From Anaeramoeba ignava BMAN (Eukaryota > Protista > Anaeramoebae), in the NCBI GenBank assembly GCA_028826165.1, contig JAPDFW010000060.1:186001-250000 (forward strand): a DNA stretch of 64,000 nt, written 5' to 3'. Position 1 is the stretch's first letter. Each line of letters opens with the position of its first letter. Position numbers and translations under genes: made by a program. Positions 36,333 to 48,880 of this stretch are shown here, piece after piece. The notes under the pieces are model-generated. The model worked only from the letters and a program-made list of their open reading frames with translations. It made no database searches and was not told where the DNA came from.

Positions 36333-36380
36333 ATTTTCCATTTTTCATTTTTCATTTTTCTTCTTAAAATTATTATAAAA

Positions 36381-36950
36381 ATGGAAAAACTTAAAATTGC
36401 TTTTTATTGGAGATGGAGGAAAGGAAAAACATCATGATTTATGATCTTAATGAGGATTTACCAGAAAAGAATATATTCCAAGTGTTTATGAAATTTTTCA
36501 AAAAGTTCAAAATTGGAAAATGGAAGAAAATAAAAATTAGATTTTTGGGGGATACAGAAAGAATTTGATGAAGTTTCCTTTAATTTATCCTCAAACAGAT
36601 TTAATTGTTATTTGTTTTGTAATGATTATTATTATTCTTTTGAAAAATTGAAAATTTTTGGATTCCTGGAAATTGAAGAATATTCTCCAAATACAAAAAA
36701 TTTTAATTGGAACTAAAATTGATTTAAATAATGAAGAAAGAATAAAATCAAAAAAAAAATGAAAAATTAATTACAAAAAAGAAGAAGAAGAACGGAATTA
36801 CAAAAAGAAAATAAATGCAAATAAATATTTTAATGTTCTTCATTTAAATCAAAAAGAAATTGAAACTATTTTTAATGAAATTGCTAATTTGTATTGGAAA
36901 ATATAATGCTAAAAGAACATGAAAAGGAAAAAGTGGATGTATCAAATTAA
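36381..36950 (+). pseudogene. Rho-like #23, degraded; apparent junction copy of the duplication
   Basis: The 5' part matches #34. The downstream spacer matches the #12-#13 spacer. Confidence 0.55.
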
Positions 36951-37057
36951 ACATAAACAACATTGGAATCTGAATATTGAATATTGAATTGATTTGGTCT
37001 TTGAATTTTTCGAATTTAAATGCTTTTATTTTTCTCTTTTTAAATTAATAAAAATAA

Positions 37058-37837
37058 ATGAAAATATAAAGTTCTTTTTGTTGAGATGGAATAGTTAAAA
37101 ACATCATTGTCATTAAGACTTATAATAATAAAAATTTGATATATATATATTCCAACTGTTTTTATTTAGTTTTCCAAAAATTTTCAAATCAAAAATTCAA
37201 CAAAATCAAACAAACTGAAATTGAAATTAGAAAAGAAATTAGAAATTGAAGAAAATAGCGAAAAATCAACAAAATCAACAAAATCACAAATTTGAAATGC
37301 CTCCTGAAAGAAATTGAAATTGAAAAATCAACAAAAATCAACAAAATCTAACTGAAAATCAAATTGAAAATCAAATTGAAAATCAAAATTGAAAATCAAA
37401 TTGAAAAATCAAATTGAAAAATCAAATTGAAAATAAATACTGGGATACAGCGATAAGCAAGCATGAAGATGATATTATCAGATTATATTATCCTGGTACT
37501 CATGTTTTTGCTATTTGTTTTGCAATTGATGATGATTATTCTTTTGAAAGGATAAAAGATTTGGATTCCTGAAATTATATTGTCTGCTCCAAAAATCAAA
37601 AAGGATTTTTAATTGGAACTAAAATTGATTGAGCAGTCATGAAGAAAGAATAAATGAATTAAAAAGAAATCAAAAATTACTCAAAAAGAAGAAAGGAATG
37701 GAATTAGCAAAAGAAAAATAAATGCAATTAAATATTTAGAATGTTCTTCATTTACTCAAAAAGGAATTGAAACTATTTTTAATGAAATTGCTTTTAATTT
37801 GTATTGGAAAATATAATATAGGATATGTATAAATTGA
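37058..37837 (+). pseudogene. Rho-like #24, degraded twin of #13
   Basis: Shares the NQQ/EIE insertion and the tatcctggtactcatg segment. Confidence 0.6.
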
Positions 37838-38407
37838 ATTGAATATTGATGTAAAGTATTTGAATTGAATATTGAATTGAGTGAATATGAATTGATGAAT
37901 TGAATTAAAATATTGAAATAGAAATAGATGTGAATATTGAATTGAATTATTAAATTTACGATTATTGATTTGAATTGGAATTATTGGAATTGAATTGATT
38001 GTGACATTAAGTGATTGTATTGGGTGATTGGGTGAACTATATTGAATTGGGTGCTGTGGGTACACATTGAAAATAAATATTGAATATTGAAATCGATTAT
38101 TAAATTGATTATTGGGTACAATATTGAATATTGAAATTGATTGTGATTTGACTGGAATTGACTATTGAATATCGAATATTGGAGGCCAAGGAATATTGAA
38201 ATCGATTTGGAGTGAATTGAATATTGAATTGTTGAGTGACTGTGATTGTGATTTGGAGTCATTAAGTATTATCTAAGTGAATAACCAATTGATTATTGCG
38301 TACGACTATTTGAATATTGCATATTAAACAAGGTAAATTGATTTAAGTGATTTGCTCTCATTTTTCATTTTTATTTTTACCATTAATAAATATATAAAAT
38401 TTCTTTA

Positions 38408-39033
38408 GTGGAAAAATATAAAGCCCTGCATGGAAGTTAGAACAAGTGGGAAAAACATCATATATGTAGAATGATCTGGAGTAATAATAAAAACTAGCAG
38501 AAGGACATATCTCCCAACTGTTTATGATTCGTCCTATCCAAATATTTTCAAAATTACAAAAAGAAAATCAAAACAAAAATGGGGTAATTTCATTTTTGGA
38601 TACAGCAAAGAAGATGTTTATTAGTATATTATACATTATTAAATTTTTGTATATTTTCCCAACAAGAGATTTGAGAGAATATAATGCTATTTGCTTGCAC
38701 TGATTTTATTATCTTTTGAAAGTATTGAAAAATAATTTGATTCTGATAATAGAAGAATATTACTAAATTCAAAAAGAATTTAATTCTGGAACTAAAATTG
38801 ATTTATCAAATCAAGAGATATATACTAAATGAATTAAAAAGAAGAAAATAAGAAATTAATTACAAAAAGAAGGAAGGAATTGAATTGGCAAACAAAATAA
38901 AATGCACTAAATATTTTAATGTTTTCATTTAATCAAAAAGGAATTGAAACTATTTTTAAATGAAATTGTTTTAATTTGTTTTGGAAAAGTATGATAAAGA
39001 AGAAGAAAATAAAAAGGATGTATTTTGAATTAA
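38408..39033 (+). pseudogene. Rho-like #25, heavily degraded twin of #14
   Basis: Recognisable atctcccaactgtttatgat segment and 3' block. Confidence 0.55.
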
Positions 39034-39075
39034 GATTAAATTTTTCATTTTTCAATAAATTAATAAATAAAAATA

Positions 39076-39658
39076 ATGGGAAAAATATAAAGTTGTTTTG
39101 TTGGAGATGGAGAATAGGGAAAAACATCATTATTATTTATCATGATAAAACTTTCCAGAAATGGTATATATTCCAACTGGCTTATGATAATTTTGAATCA
39201 AAGTTTCAAATTGAAAATAAAAGAAATTGAAATTTGAATTTTGGGATGTGATTATTATAACTGAGCATAACTTTAAATTACTTTCTTTATATTATATTAT
39301 TCCAATACAAATATTTTTGTTCTTTTGTTTCGCAATTGATTCTTATTATACTTTTGAAAGTATTGAAAAGTATTGGATTCTTGATATTAAAAACATTCAA
39401 AATCAAAAATAGTTTTGATTGAACTAAAATTGGATTTAAGAAATAATGAAGAGAGAATAAATCAATTAAAAAGAAGAAAATAAAATTAATTACAAAAGAA
39501 GAAGTTGAGTTGAGCAACAAAAATAAAAGCAATAAAATATTTTGAATGTTCTTCATTAAATCAAAAGGAATTGAAACTATTTTTAATGAAATTGTTTTAA
39601 TTTGTTTTAAAAATATGGAAAGAAGAAGAAAAAATAAAAAGGATGTATTTTGAATTAA
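39076..39658 (+). pseudogene. Rho-like #26, degraded twin of #15
   Basis: WDV...NFKLLSLYY and FAIDSYYTFESIEKYWILDIK. Confidence 0.6.
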
Positions 39659-39726
39659 GATTAAAATTATTTTTGATTTTTGATTTTCATTTTTCTTTTT
39701 CATTTTTAAATTAATAAAATTTGGAA

Positions 39727-40301
39727 ATGAAAAAATTTAAAGCTATTTTTGTTGGATCAAGAGGAATTGGAAAAACATCATTATTATTAACTTATTATGA
39801 GAAGAAACTTCCAGGAGAATATATTCCAACTGTTTTTGATATTTTTCAAAAACTTTTAAATTGAAAAATAAAAGAAATTGAAATTTTTGGGATTCAGAAA
39901 GACCTGAAGATCATGATAGATTGTTTCCTTTAATTTATCCTGAAACAGATTTAACTATATTTGTTTTTCAATTATTGATTCTAATTCTTTTGAAAGAATT
40001 GAAAATTATTGGATTCCTGAAATTGAACATCATTCTCCAAATTCAAAAAGAATTTTAATTGGAACTAAAATGGATTTAAGAAATAATGAAGAAAAAAGAA
40101 TAAATCAATTAAAAGAAAGAAATCAAAAATTAATTACAAAAGAAGAAGGAATTGAATTTGCAAAGAAAATAAAAAGCAATTAAATATTTAGAATGTTCTT
40201 CATTTACTAAAAAGGAATTGAAACTATTTTTAATGAAATTGTTTTAATTTGTATTGAAAATATGATAAAGAAGAAAAGAAAAAGGATGTATTTTGAATTG
40301 A
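39727..40301 (+). pseudogene. Rho-like #27, frameshifted twin of #16
   Basis: GSRGIGKT and PGEYIPTVFD, with shortened homopolymers. Confidence 0.6.
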
Positions 40302-41695
40302 ATTGAATTTGACATTGAATTAAATATTTAAATTGAATATTTGAAATGAATATTGAATTAAATGATCGAAAATTGAATTAAAATTGGAATTGAATTGAAT
40401 TGAATTAAATATTAAATTGAATTGAATTGAATTGAATTGAATTGAATTGAATATTGAAATTGAATTAAATTGAATATTGAAATTGAAATTGAAATTGAAT
40501 TGAAATTGAATTGGAAATTGAAGTAAATATTAAATATTGAAATTGAAAATAAATAAATGAATATTGAATTAAATTGAATTGGAATTGAATATTGAATTGA
40601 ATTAAATATTGGAATTGGGAAATTGAATTAAATAAATATTGAAATAAATTGAATTGAAATTGAATTAAATTAAATATTGAATATTGAATTGAAAATAATT
40701 AATTAAATATTGAATTAAATATTGTTAAATGAATTGAATTAAATCGAATTGAATTGGAATTGGAATTGAATTAAATATTGAAATAAATATTAAATTGAAT
40801 TAAATACGGAATATTTGGAATTAAATTGAATTGAATTGAAATAAATATTGAATTGAAATATTTGAAATTGAAATAAATATTAAATTCGAATTTGAATTGA
40901 ATTGAAATCAGGAATTGAATTAAAATTGAATTGAATTGAAATTGAATAAATAAATATTAAAAATATTGAATTAAATATTGAATTGAATATTCAAATTGAA
41001 TTGAATTGGAATTAAATTGGGGAATTAAAATTAAAATTGGAATCAAATCGAATTAAATATTAAAATTGAATTAAATCAAATTTGTGGAATTAAAATTAAA
41101 ATCAAATTGGGAATTGAATAAATATGAATTGAAAATTGAATTTAAATATTGAAAATTAAATATGTTCGAAATATTGAATTAAAACATTGAATTGAAATCG
41201 AATTGAATATTTGAATATCGGAAATTAAATATTTGAATTAAATTGAAATTGAATTGAATTAAATTAAATATTGAATCAAATATTGAATTAAATATTAAAT
41301 TGAATTTAAAATTGAATTGAATATTGAATTGAAATTGAATTAAAATATTGAATTGAATTAAATATTGAATTAAATATTGAATTAAATATTGAATTGAAAT
41401 TGAATTGAATTGAACATTGACGAAAAAAAGGAAATTGAAAATATTGAACTGAAATTGGTCATTGAATCAAAAAAATTGAATTAAATTGAATTGAATTGAA
41501 ATTAAAATTAAATATTGAATTAAATATTGAATTAAAATATTAAATTGAATTTAAATTGAATTGAATATTGAATTAAATATTGAATTGGAATTAAATATTG
41601 AATTAAATATTGAATTGAATTGAATTAAATATTGAATTAAAATTAAATTAAATTAAAATTGAAATTGAATTTGAATTTAAATTGAATTTAAATTG
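40302..41695. repeat. Second copy of the (ATTGA)n satellite at 30877-32330
   Basis: Same position between twin genes #27 and #28, including the ttgacattgaat start. Confidence 0.85.
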
Positions 41696-41743
41696 AAAAA
41701 TTTTTGATTTTTTTTTATTTTTCTCATTTTTAAATAAATAAAA

Positions 41744-42322
41744 ATGCAAAAATATAATGTTTCTTTTTGTTGGATATGATCTAGTTGGAAAAACAACATT
41801 ATTATTAACTTATAAAGAAAAACTTCCAGACGGAACTAATCCATTTTATGATATTAATTTTACAAAAATATGAAATTGAAAATAAAGAATTTGAAATTGA
41901 ATTTTGGGGACAAGAATACCTGATTATGATAAACTTACTCCCTCTTATTTATATTGGAAGAGATGTTATTGCTATTTGTTTTGCAGTTGATAATCCTTAT
42001 TCTTTTTGAAAAAGTTAAAGATTTTTGGATTCTGATATTGAAAAACATTCTCCAAAATCAAAAAGAATTTTAATTGCAACTAAAATGGATTTAAGAAATA
42101 ATGAAAAAGAAAATATGAATTAAAAAGAAGAAATAAGGGAATTAATTACAAAAAAGAAGAAGGAATTGAATTGGCAATGAAAATAAAAGCAATTAAATAT
42201 TTTGAATGTTCTTCATTAAATCAAAAGGAATTGAAACTATTTTCAATGAAATACCTTTAGTTTGTATTGGAAAATATGGAGAACAAAAACAAATTGAGAA
42301 AAAAGGATGTATTTTGAATTAA
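41744..42322 (+). pseudogene. Rho-like #28, frameshifted twin of #17
   Basis: MQKYNVSF, GYDLVGKT. Confidence 0.6.
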
Positions 42323-42417
42323 AATTTTTTGCATTTTTGAATTTGGATTTTATTTATAAAAATTATTTTTTTTTTGGATTTTTCATTTTTTTCATTTTTC
42401 TTCAATAAAAAATTGGA

Positions 42418-43086
42418 ATGAGAAAGTGGAAAATTCTTTTTATTGGAGATTATTATGTTGGAAAAACATCATTATTAATGACTTATTATGAGAAGAAACT
42501 TCCAGAAGAATATCTTCCAACTGTTTTTGAAAGTTTTTCAAATATTTTTCAAATCAAAAATGAAGAAATTGAACGAATTGAAGAAAATGAACAAAATCAA
42601 ATTGAAAATGAACAAAATCAACAAAATCAACAAAATCAAATTGAAATTGAAAATAAATTTCAAATTGAATTTTGGGATTCAGCAATACATGAAGATAATT
42701 ATAGATTCCTCCAAATTTTTTGTCAAGAAGCAGATATTATTGTTTTTTGTTTTTCAATTATTGATTATTATTCTTTTGAAAATATTCAATCTTTTTGGAT
42801 TCCTAATACTGAAAAATATTTAAAAAATAAAAAAATAGTTTTAATTGGAACTAAAATTGATTTAAGAAATAATGAAGAAAGGATAAATCAATTAAAAGAA
42901 AAAAATCAAAAATTAATTACAAAAGAAGAAGGAATTGAATTAGCAAAGAAAATAAAAGCAATTAAATATTTTGAATGTTCTTCATTTAATCAAAAAGGAA
43001 TTGAAACTATTTTCAATGAAATTGCTTTAATTTGTATTGGAAAATATGATAAAAAAGAAAAAAAAAAAGGATGTATTTTGAATTAA
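42418..43086 (+). CDS. Rho/Rac-like GTPase #29 (twin of #18)
   Basis: Intact 222-aa ORF. Confidence 0.92.
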   Translation: MRKWKILFIGDYYVGKTSLLMTYYEKKLPEEYLPTVFESFSNIFQIKNEEIERIEENEQNQIENEQNQQNQQNQIEIENKFQIEFWDSAIHEDNYRFLQIFCQEADIIVFCFSIIDYYSFENIQSFWIPNTEKYLKNKKIVLIGTKIDLRNNEERINQLKEKNQKLITKEEGIELAKKIKAIKYFECSSFNQKGIETIFNEIALICIGKYDKKEKKKGCILN

Positions 43087-43165
43087 AATTTATTTTTTTT
43101 AAATTTTCATTTTTTTTGATTTTCATTTTTTTCTTTCTCATTTTTTAAATTAATAAAAATTTGGA

Positions 43166-43727
43166 ATGGAAAAATTTAAAGCTATTTTTGTTGGATCAAG
43201 AGTAGTTGGAAAAACATCATTATTATTAACTTATTATGAGAAGAAACTTCCAGAAAAATATATTCCAATTATTTTTGATAATTTTCAAAAAACTTTTAAA
43301 ATTGAAGAAAATAAAGAAATTGAAATTTCTTTTTGGGATTCAGAAAGACCTGAAGATCGTGATAGATTGTTTCCTTTAATTTATCCTGAAACAGATTTAA
43401 TTGCTATTTGTTTTTCAATTATTGATTCTAATTCTTTTGAAAGAATTGAAAATTTTTGGATTCCTGAAATTGAACAATATTCTCCAAATTCAAAAGAATT
43501 TTAATTGGAACTAAAATTGATTTAAGAAATGAATTAAAAGAAGATAATCAAAAATTAATTACAAAAAGAAGAAGGAATGGAATTTGCAAAAATAAAAGCA
43601 ATTAAATATTTTGAATGTTCTTCATTTACACAAAAAGGAATTGAAACTATTTTTAATGAAATACCTTTTAGTTTGTATTGGGAAATATGATAAAGAAGAA
43701 AATAAAAAGGATGTATTTTTGAATTAA
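43166..43727 (+). CDS. Rho-like #30 (twin of #19; homopolymer frameshifts)
   Basis: Full-length homology. Confidence 0.7.
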
Positions 43728-43818
43728 GATTAAAATTTATCTTTTTGAATTTCATTTTTGATTTTCATTTTTTTTTGGATTTTCATTTTTTTCTTCTTAA
43801 AAAATTATAAATAAAAAA

Positions 43819-44404
43819 ATGGAAAAATATAAAGTTATTTTTATTGGAGATGGAGCAATAGGAAAAACATCATTATTATTAACTTATGATCTCAAATATT
43901 TACCAGAAGAATATATTCCAACTATTTATGATAATTTTTCAAAAAATTTTAAAATTGAAGAAAATAAAGAAATTGAAATTGTATTTTGGGATACAGAAAG
44001 ACGTGATTATGATGATAGATTGTTTCCTTTATATTATCCTGAAACAGATTTAATTGTTATTTGTTTTGCAATTGATGATTATTATTCTTTTGAAAATATT
44101 GAAAATTTTTGGATTCTTGAAATTGGAAAATATATTCCAAAATATTCAAAAAGAATTTTGGTTGGAACTAAAATGGATTTAAGAAATAATGAAGAAAGAA
44201 TAAATGAATTAAAAGAAAAAAATCAAAAATTAATTACAAAAGAAGAAGGAATTGAATTTAGCAAAGAAAATAAAAGCAATTAAATATTTTGAATGTTCTT
44301 CATTAAATCAAAAAGGAATTGAAACTATTTTTAATGAAATTATGTTGATTTGTATTGGAAAATATGATAAAGAAGAAAGGAAAAAAGGATGTATTTTGAA
44401 TTGA
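43819..44404 (+). CDS. Rho-like #31 (single frameshift near 44258)
   Basis: Full-length homology. Confidence 0.75.
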
Positions 44405-44462
44405 ATTTTCCATTTTTTGGATTTTCATTTTTTTTCTTTTTAAAAAATTATAAATAAAAAAA

Positions 44463-45047
44463 ATGGAAAAACTTAAAATTATTTTTATTGGAGATGGAGG
44501 AATAGGAAAAACAACATTATTATTTACTTATGATGAGAAGAAACTTCTAGGAGAATATATTCCAACTGTTTTTGATACTTTTTCAAAAAAGTTCCAAATT
44601 GAAGAAAATCAAGAAATTGAAATTTCTTTTTGGGATATGGCAAGATTTGATTATGATGATAGATTGCTTCCTTTATATTTTCCTCAAACAGATGTTATTG
44701 TTTTTTGTTTTGCAATTGATAGATATGCTTCTTTTGAAAATATTGAATCTGTTTGGATTCCTGAAATTGGAAAATATATTCCAAAATATTCAAAAAGAAT
44801 TTTGGTTGGAACTAAAATGGATTTAAGAAATAATCAAAAAAGAATAAATGAATTAAAAGAAAGAAATGAAAAATTTGTTACAAAAGAAGAAGGAATTGAA
44901 TTAGCAAAGAAAATAAATGCAATTAAATATTTTGAATGTTCTTCATTTAATCAAAAAGGAATTGAAACTATTTTTAATGAAATTGCTTTAATTTGTGTTG
45001 GAAAATATGATAAAGAAGAAAGGAAAAAAGGATGTATTTTGAATTGA
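44463..45047 (+). CDS. Rho/Rac-like GTPase #32
   Basis: Intact ORF. Confidence 0.92.
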   Translation: MEKLKIIFIGDGGIGKTTLLFTYDEKKLLGEYIPTVFDTFSKKFQIEENQEIEISFWDMARFDYDDRLLPLYFPQTDVIVFCFAIDRYASFENIESVWIPEIGKYIPKYSKRILVGTKMDLRNNQKRINELKERNEKFVTKEEGIELAKKINAIKYFECSSFNQKGIETIFNEIALICVGKYDKEERKKGCILN

Positions 45048-45100
45048 AATTTTTTTTGAATTTTTTTCGGTTTTCATTTTTTTTCATTTAAAATAAAAAA

Positions 45101-45694
45101 ATGAAAAAATTTAAAACTATTTTTGTTGGAGAAAATGAAGTTGGAAAAACAACATTATTAATTACTTATGATCTCAAATATTTACCAGAAAAATATCTTC
45201 CAACTGCTTATGATGATTTTTCAAAAATTTATAAAATTGAAGAAAATAAAGAAATAGAAATTGAATTTTGGGATAAAGGAATGAGTGAAAATAATGATAA
45301 TTTCACGCGTTTTATTTATGATCAAACAGATGTTATTGCTATTTGTTTTGCAATCGATAATCGTTCTTCTTTTCAAAATATTGAATCTTTTTGGATTCTT
45401 GAAATTGAACACTATTCTCCAAATTCAAAAATAATTTTAATTGGAACTAAAATTGATTTAAGAAATAATGAAGAAAGAATAAATGAATTAAAAGAAGAAA
45501 ATCAAAAATTAATTACAAAAGAAGAAGGAATGGATTTAGCAAAAAAAATAAAAGCAATTAAATATTTTGAATGTTCTTCATTAAATCAAAAAGGAATTGA
45601 AACTATTTTTAATGAAATTATGTTGATTTGTATTGGAAAATATGATGGAATTAATCAAGAAAAACAAAAGAAAAAAGGATGTATTTTAAATTGA
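45101..45694 (+). CDS. Rho/Rac-like GTPase #33
   Basis: Intact ORF. Confidence 0.92.
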   Translation: MKKFKTIFVGENEVGKTTLLITYDLKYLPEKYLPTAYDDFSKIYKIEENKEIEIEFWDKGMSENNDNFTRFIYDQTDVIAICFAIDNRSSFQNIESFWILEIEHYSPNSKIILIGTKIDLRNNEERINELKEENQKLITKEEGMDLAKKIKAIKYFECSSLNQKGIETIFNEIMLICIGKYDGINQEKQKKKGCILN

Positions 45695-45751
45695 ATTTTC
45701 CATTTTTCATTTTTCATTTTTTTTCTTCTTAAAAAATTATAAATAAAAAAA

Positions 45752-46335
45752 ATGGAAAAACTTAAAATTGTTTTTATTGGAGATGGAGCAATAGGAAAAA
45801 CAACATTATTAATGATTTATGATCTCAAATATTTACCAGAAGAATATATTCCAAGTGTTTATGATAATTTTTCAAAAACTTATAAAATTGAAAAAAATAA
45901 AGAAATTGAAATTGAATTTTGGGATACAGAAAGAAATGGGGAATTTGATAGAAGTTTTCCTTTAATTTATCCTCAAACAGATTTAATTGTTATTTGTTTT
46001 GCTATTGATTATTATTATTCTTTTGAAAAAATTGAATCTTTTTGGATTCCTGAAATTGAACACTATTCTCCAAATACAAAAAGAATTTTAATTGGAACTA
46101 AAATTGATTTAAGAAATAATCGAAGAAAGAATAAATCAATTAAAAGAATTTGATGAAAAATTAATTACAAAAGAAGAAGGAATTGATTTAGCAAAGAAAA
46201 TAAAAGCAATTAAATATTTTGAATGTTCTTCATTTAAATCAAAAAGGAATTGAAACTATTTTTAATGAAATTGCTTTAATTTGTATTGGAAAATATAAAG
46301 GAAATGAAAATAAAAAAGGATGTATTTTGAATTGA
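45752..46335 (+). CDS. Rho-like #34 (1-nt insertions near 46121, 46150 and 46235)
   Basis: Full-length homology. Confidence 0.7.
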
Positions 46336-46421
46336 ATTTTGAATTGATTTAAAATTTGAATTTTTTGATTTTCATTTTTTTTTTTTGGATTTGAAAAATT
46401 ATTGAAATAAAATAATTAGTA

Positions 46422-47000
46422 ATGAAAAAATATAAAGTTATTTTTGTTGGAGAAGAAACAGTTGGAAAAACAACATTACTAATGACTTATGATAAGAAAT
46501 ATTTACCAGAAGGATATATTCCAAGTGTTTATGATAAATTTTCAAAAACTTATAAAATTGAAAATAAAGAAATTGAAATTGAATTTTTTGATACAGAAAG
46601 ACCTGATTATTTTGATAGAAAATTTAGATATAATTATATTGATACAAAAATCATTGTTTTTTGTTTTGCAATTGATTTTGATAATTCTTTTGAAAATATT
46701 GAATCTGTTTGGTTTCCTGAAATTGAAGAAAATATTCCAAAAGCAAAAAGAATTTTAATTGGAACTAAAATGGATTTAAGAAAGAATAAAGAAAAAATAA
46801 ATAAATTAAAGAAAAAAGACAGAAAATTAATTTCAAAAGAAGAAGGAATTGAATTAGCAAAGAAAATCAAAGCAAGAAAATATTTTGAATGTTCTTCATT
46901 TACTCAAAAAGGAATTGAAACTATTTTTAATCAAATTACTTTAATTTGTGTTGGAAAAGATAAAAAACAAAAAGAAGAAAAAGGATGTATTTTGAATTAA
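46422..47000 (+). CDS. Rho/Rac-like GTPase #35
   Basis: Intact ORF. Confidence 0.92.
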   Translation: MKKYKVIFVGEETVGKTTLLMTYDKKYLPEGYIPSVYDKFSKTYKIENKEIEIEFFDTERPDYFDRKFRYNYIDTKIIVFCFAIDFDNSFENIESVWFPEIEENIPKAKRILIGTKMDLRKNKEKINKLKKKDRKLISKEEGIELAKKIKARKYFECSSFTQKGIETIFNQITLICVGKDKKQKEEKGCILN

Positions 47001-47103
47001 ATTTTGAATATTGAATATTTTTAGAATAAAATATAAAAGATTTGTTTTTTTCATTTTTTTCATTTTTTTCATTTTTTATTTATTAAAAATTAAACAGAAA
47101 AAA

Positions 47104-47688
47104 ATGGAAACATATCAAGTTCTTTTTACTGGAGAAAATGGAGTTGGAAAAACAACATTATTAATGACTTATGAACAAAAAAAGTTTCCAGAAGAATATA
47201 TTCCAAGCGTTTTTGATAATTTTTTAAAACAATTTCAAATTAAAAATCAAAATTTTCAAATTATATTTTGGGATAAAGGAATGGATGAAGAATTTCATGA
47301 TAAACTTACTCCTCTTTTTTTTGTTGAAAAAGATATTATTGTTATTTGTTTTGCTATTGATTATTATTATTCTTTTGAAAATATTGAATCTTTTTGGATT
47401 CCTTATATTGAAAAACACGGACCAAATTCAAAAAGAATTTTAATTGGAACTAAAATGGATTTAAGAAATAATGAAAAAAAAATAAAGAAATTGAAAAAAA
47501 GAAATGAAAAATTAATTACAAAAGAAGAAGGAATTGAATTAGCAAATAAAATAAAAGCAATTAAATATTTTGAATGTTCTTCATTAAATCAAAAAGGAAT
47601 TGAAACTATTTTTAATGAAATTGCTTTAATTTGTTTTGGCAAAGATAGAAAAGAAAAAGAAAAGAAAAAAGGATGTATTTTGAATTGA
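47104..47688 (+). CDS. Rho/Rac-like GTPase #36
   Basis: Start METYQV at 47104, chosen by alignment. Confidence 0.9.
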   Translation: METYQVLFTGENGVGKTTLLMTYEQKKFPEEYIPSVFDNFLKQFQIKNQNFQIIFWDKGMDEEFHDKLTPLFFVEKDIIVICFAIDYYYSFENIESFWIPYIEKHGPNSKRILIGTKMDLRNNEKKIKKLKKRNEKLITKEEGIELANKIKAIKYFECSSLNQKGIETIFNEIALICFGKDRKEKEKKKGCILN

Positions 47689-48800
47689 ATATTGAATTGA
47701 ATTTATATTAAATTGAATATTGAATTGAATATTGAATTAAATATTGAATTAAATATTGAATATTGAATATTGAATTTAATATTGAATTGAATATTGAATT
47801 GAATTGAATTAAATTGAATTAAATATAAAATTGAATTGAATTAAGAAAAAAAATAAATAAAATTGAATAATTGAATTGAATTTTGAATTGAATATTGAAG
47901 CGTGAATATTGAATTTCGAATATTGAATTTCAAATTAAAAATCAAAAATTAAAATTGAATTGAATTGAAATATTGGATGAATTGAAATGAATTGATTATT
48001 AAATTGAATGAATTGAATGGAATTAAAAATTTGAAAGTCCTGGAATTGAATTGAAAATTGAATTGAATATTGAAAATACGGAAATAAATTGAATTGAAAA
48101 TTGAATTGATTAAATTTTGGAATTAAAATATTGAATCAAATAAAAAATACGAAAATTGAAATTGAAAGAAAATTGAAAAAATCAAATACAAATCGAATTG
48201 AATTTGGAATTTGAATTTAAATTAAAATGAAAATTAAATTAAATAATTTTGAATGGAAATTGAATTGAATTGAATATTTGAATGGGTGAATTGAATTGAT
48301 TTGGGGTGAATTTTAAATTAAATTGAAATTGGAAATGAAATTGGATTTTTGAATTGAAATTGAATAAATTGAAATTTCGGAATTGGTATTAAATATTGAA
48401 TATTGAATATTGAATATTGAATTTAAATATTGAATTGAATATTTGAATTGAATATTGAATTGAATATTGAATTTAATATTGAATCAAAATATTGGAATAA
48501 ATATTGGTGAATATTGAAATTTAATATTGAAATTAAATATTGAATAAATAAATATTGAAATTGAATATTGAATTATATTAGAAAATTGAATATTGAATAT
48601 TGAATATTGAATTGAATTGAATTAAAATATTGAATTGAATATTGAAATTGAATATTGAATTGAATTGAATTGAAATTGAATTGAAATTGAATTGAATATT
48701 AAATTGAATTGAATTGAATTAAATTAAATTAAATTAAATTAAATTAAATATTGAAATTGAATTGAATATTGAATTGAATATTAAAAATGAATTAAATTCC
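47689..48800. repeat. (ATTGA)n-type intergenic satellite
   Basis: Direct inspection. Confidence 0.85.
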
Positions 48801-48880
48801 AAAAATATTTTTTCATTTTTCATTTTTCATTTTTCATTTTTCATTTTTCATTTTTCATTTTCCATTTATAAATAAAAAAT

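Noticed and set aside
34690-42320. Apparent mass pseudogenisation or hypermutation of nine GTPase copies
   Set aside because: The lesions are mostly 1-nt and homopolymer indels that peak near the duplication junction and also affect the satellites. This is the signature of an unpolished long-read consensus and cannot be taken as biology without reads.
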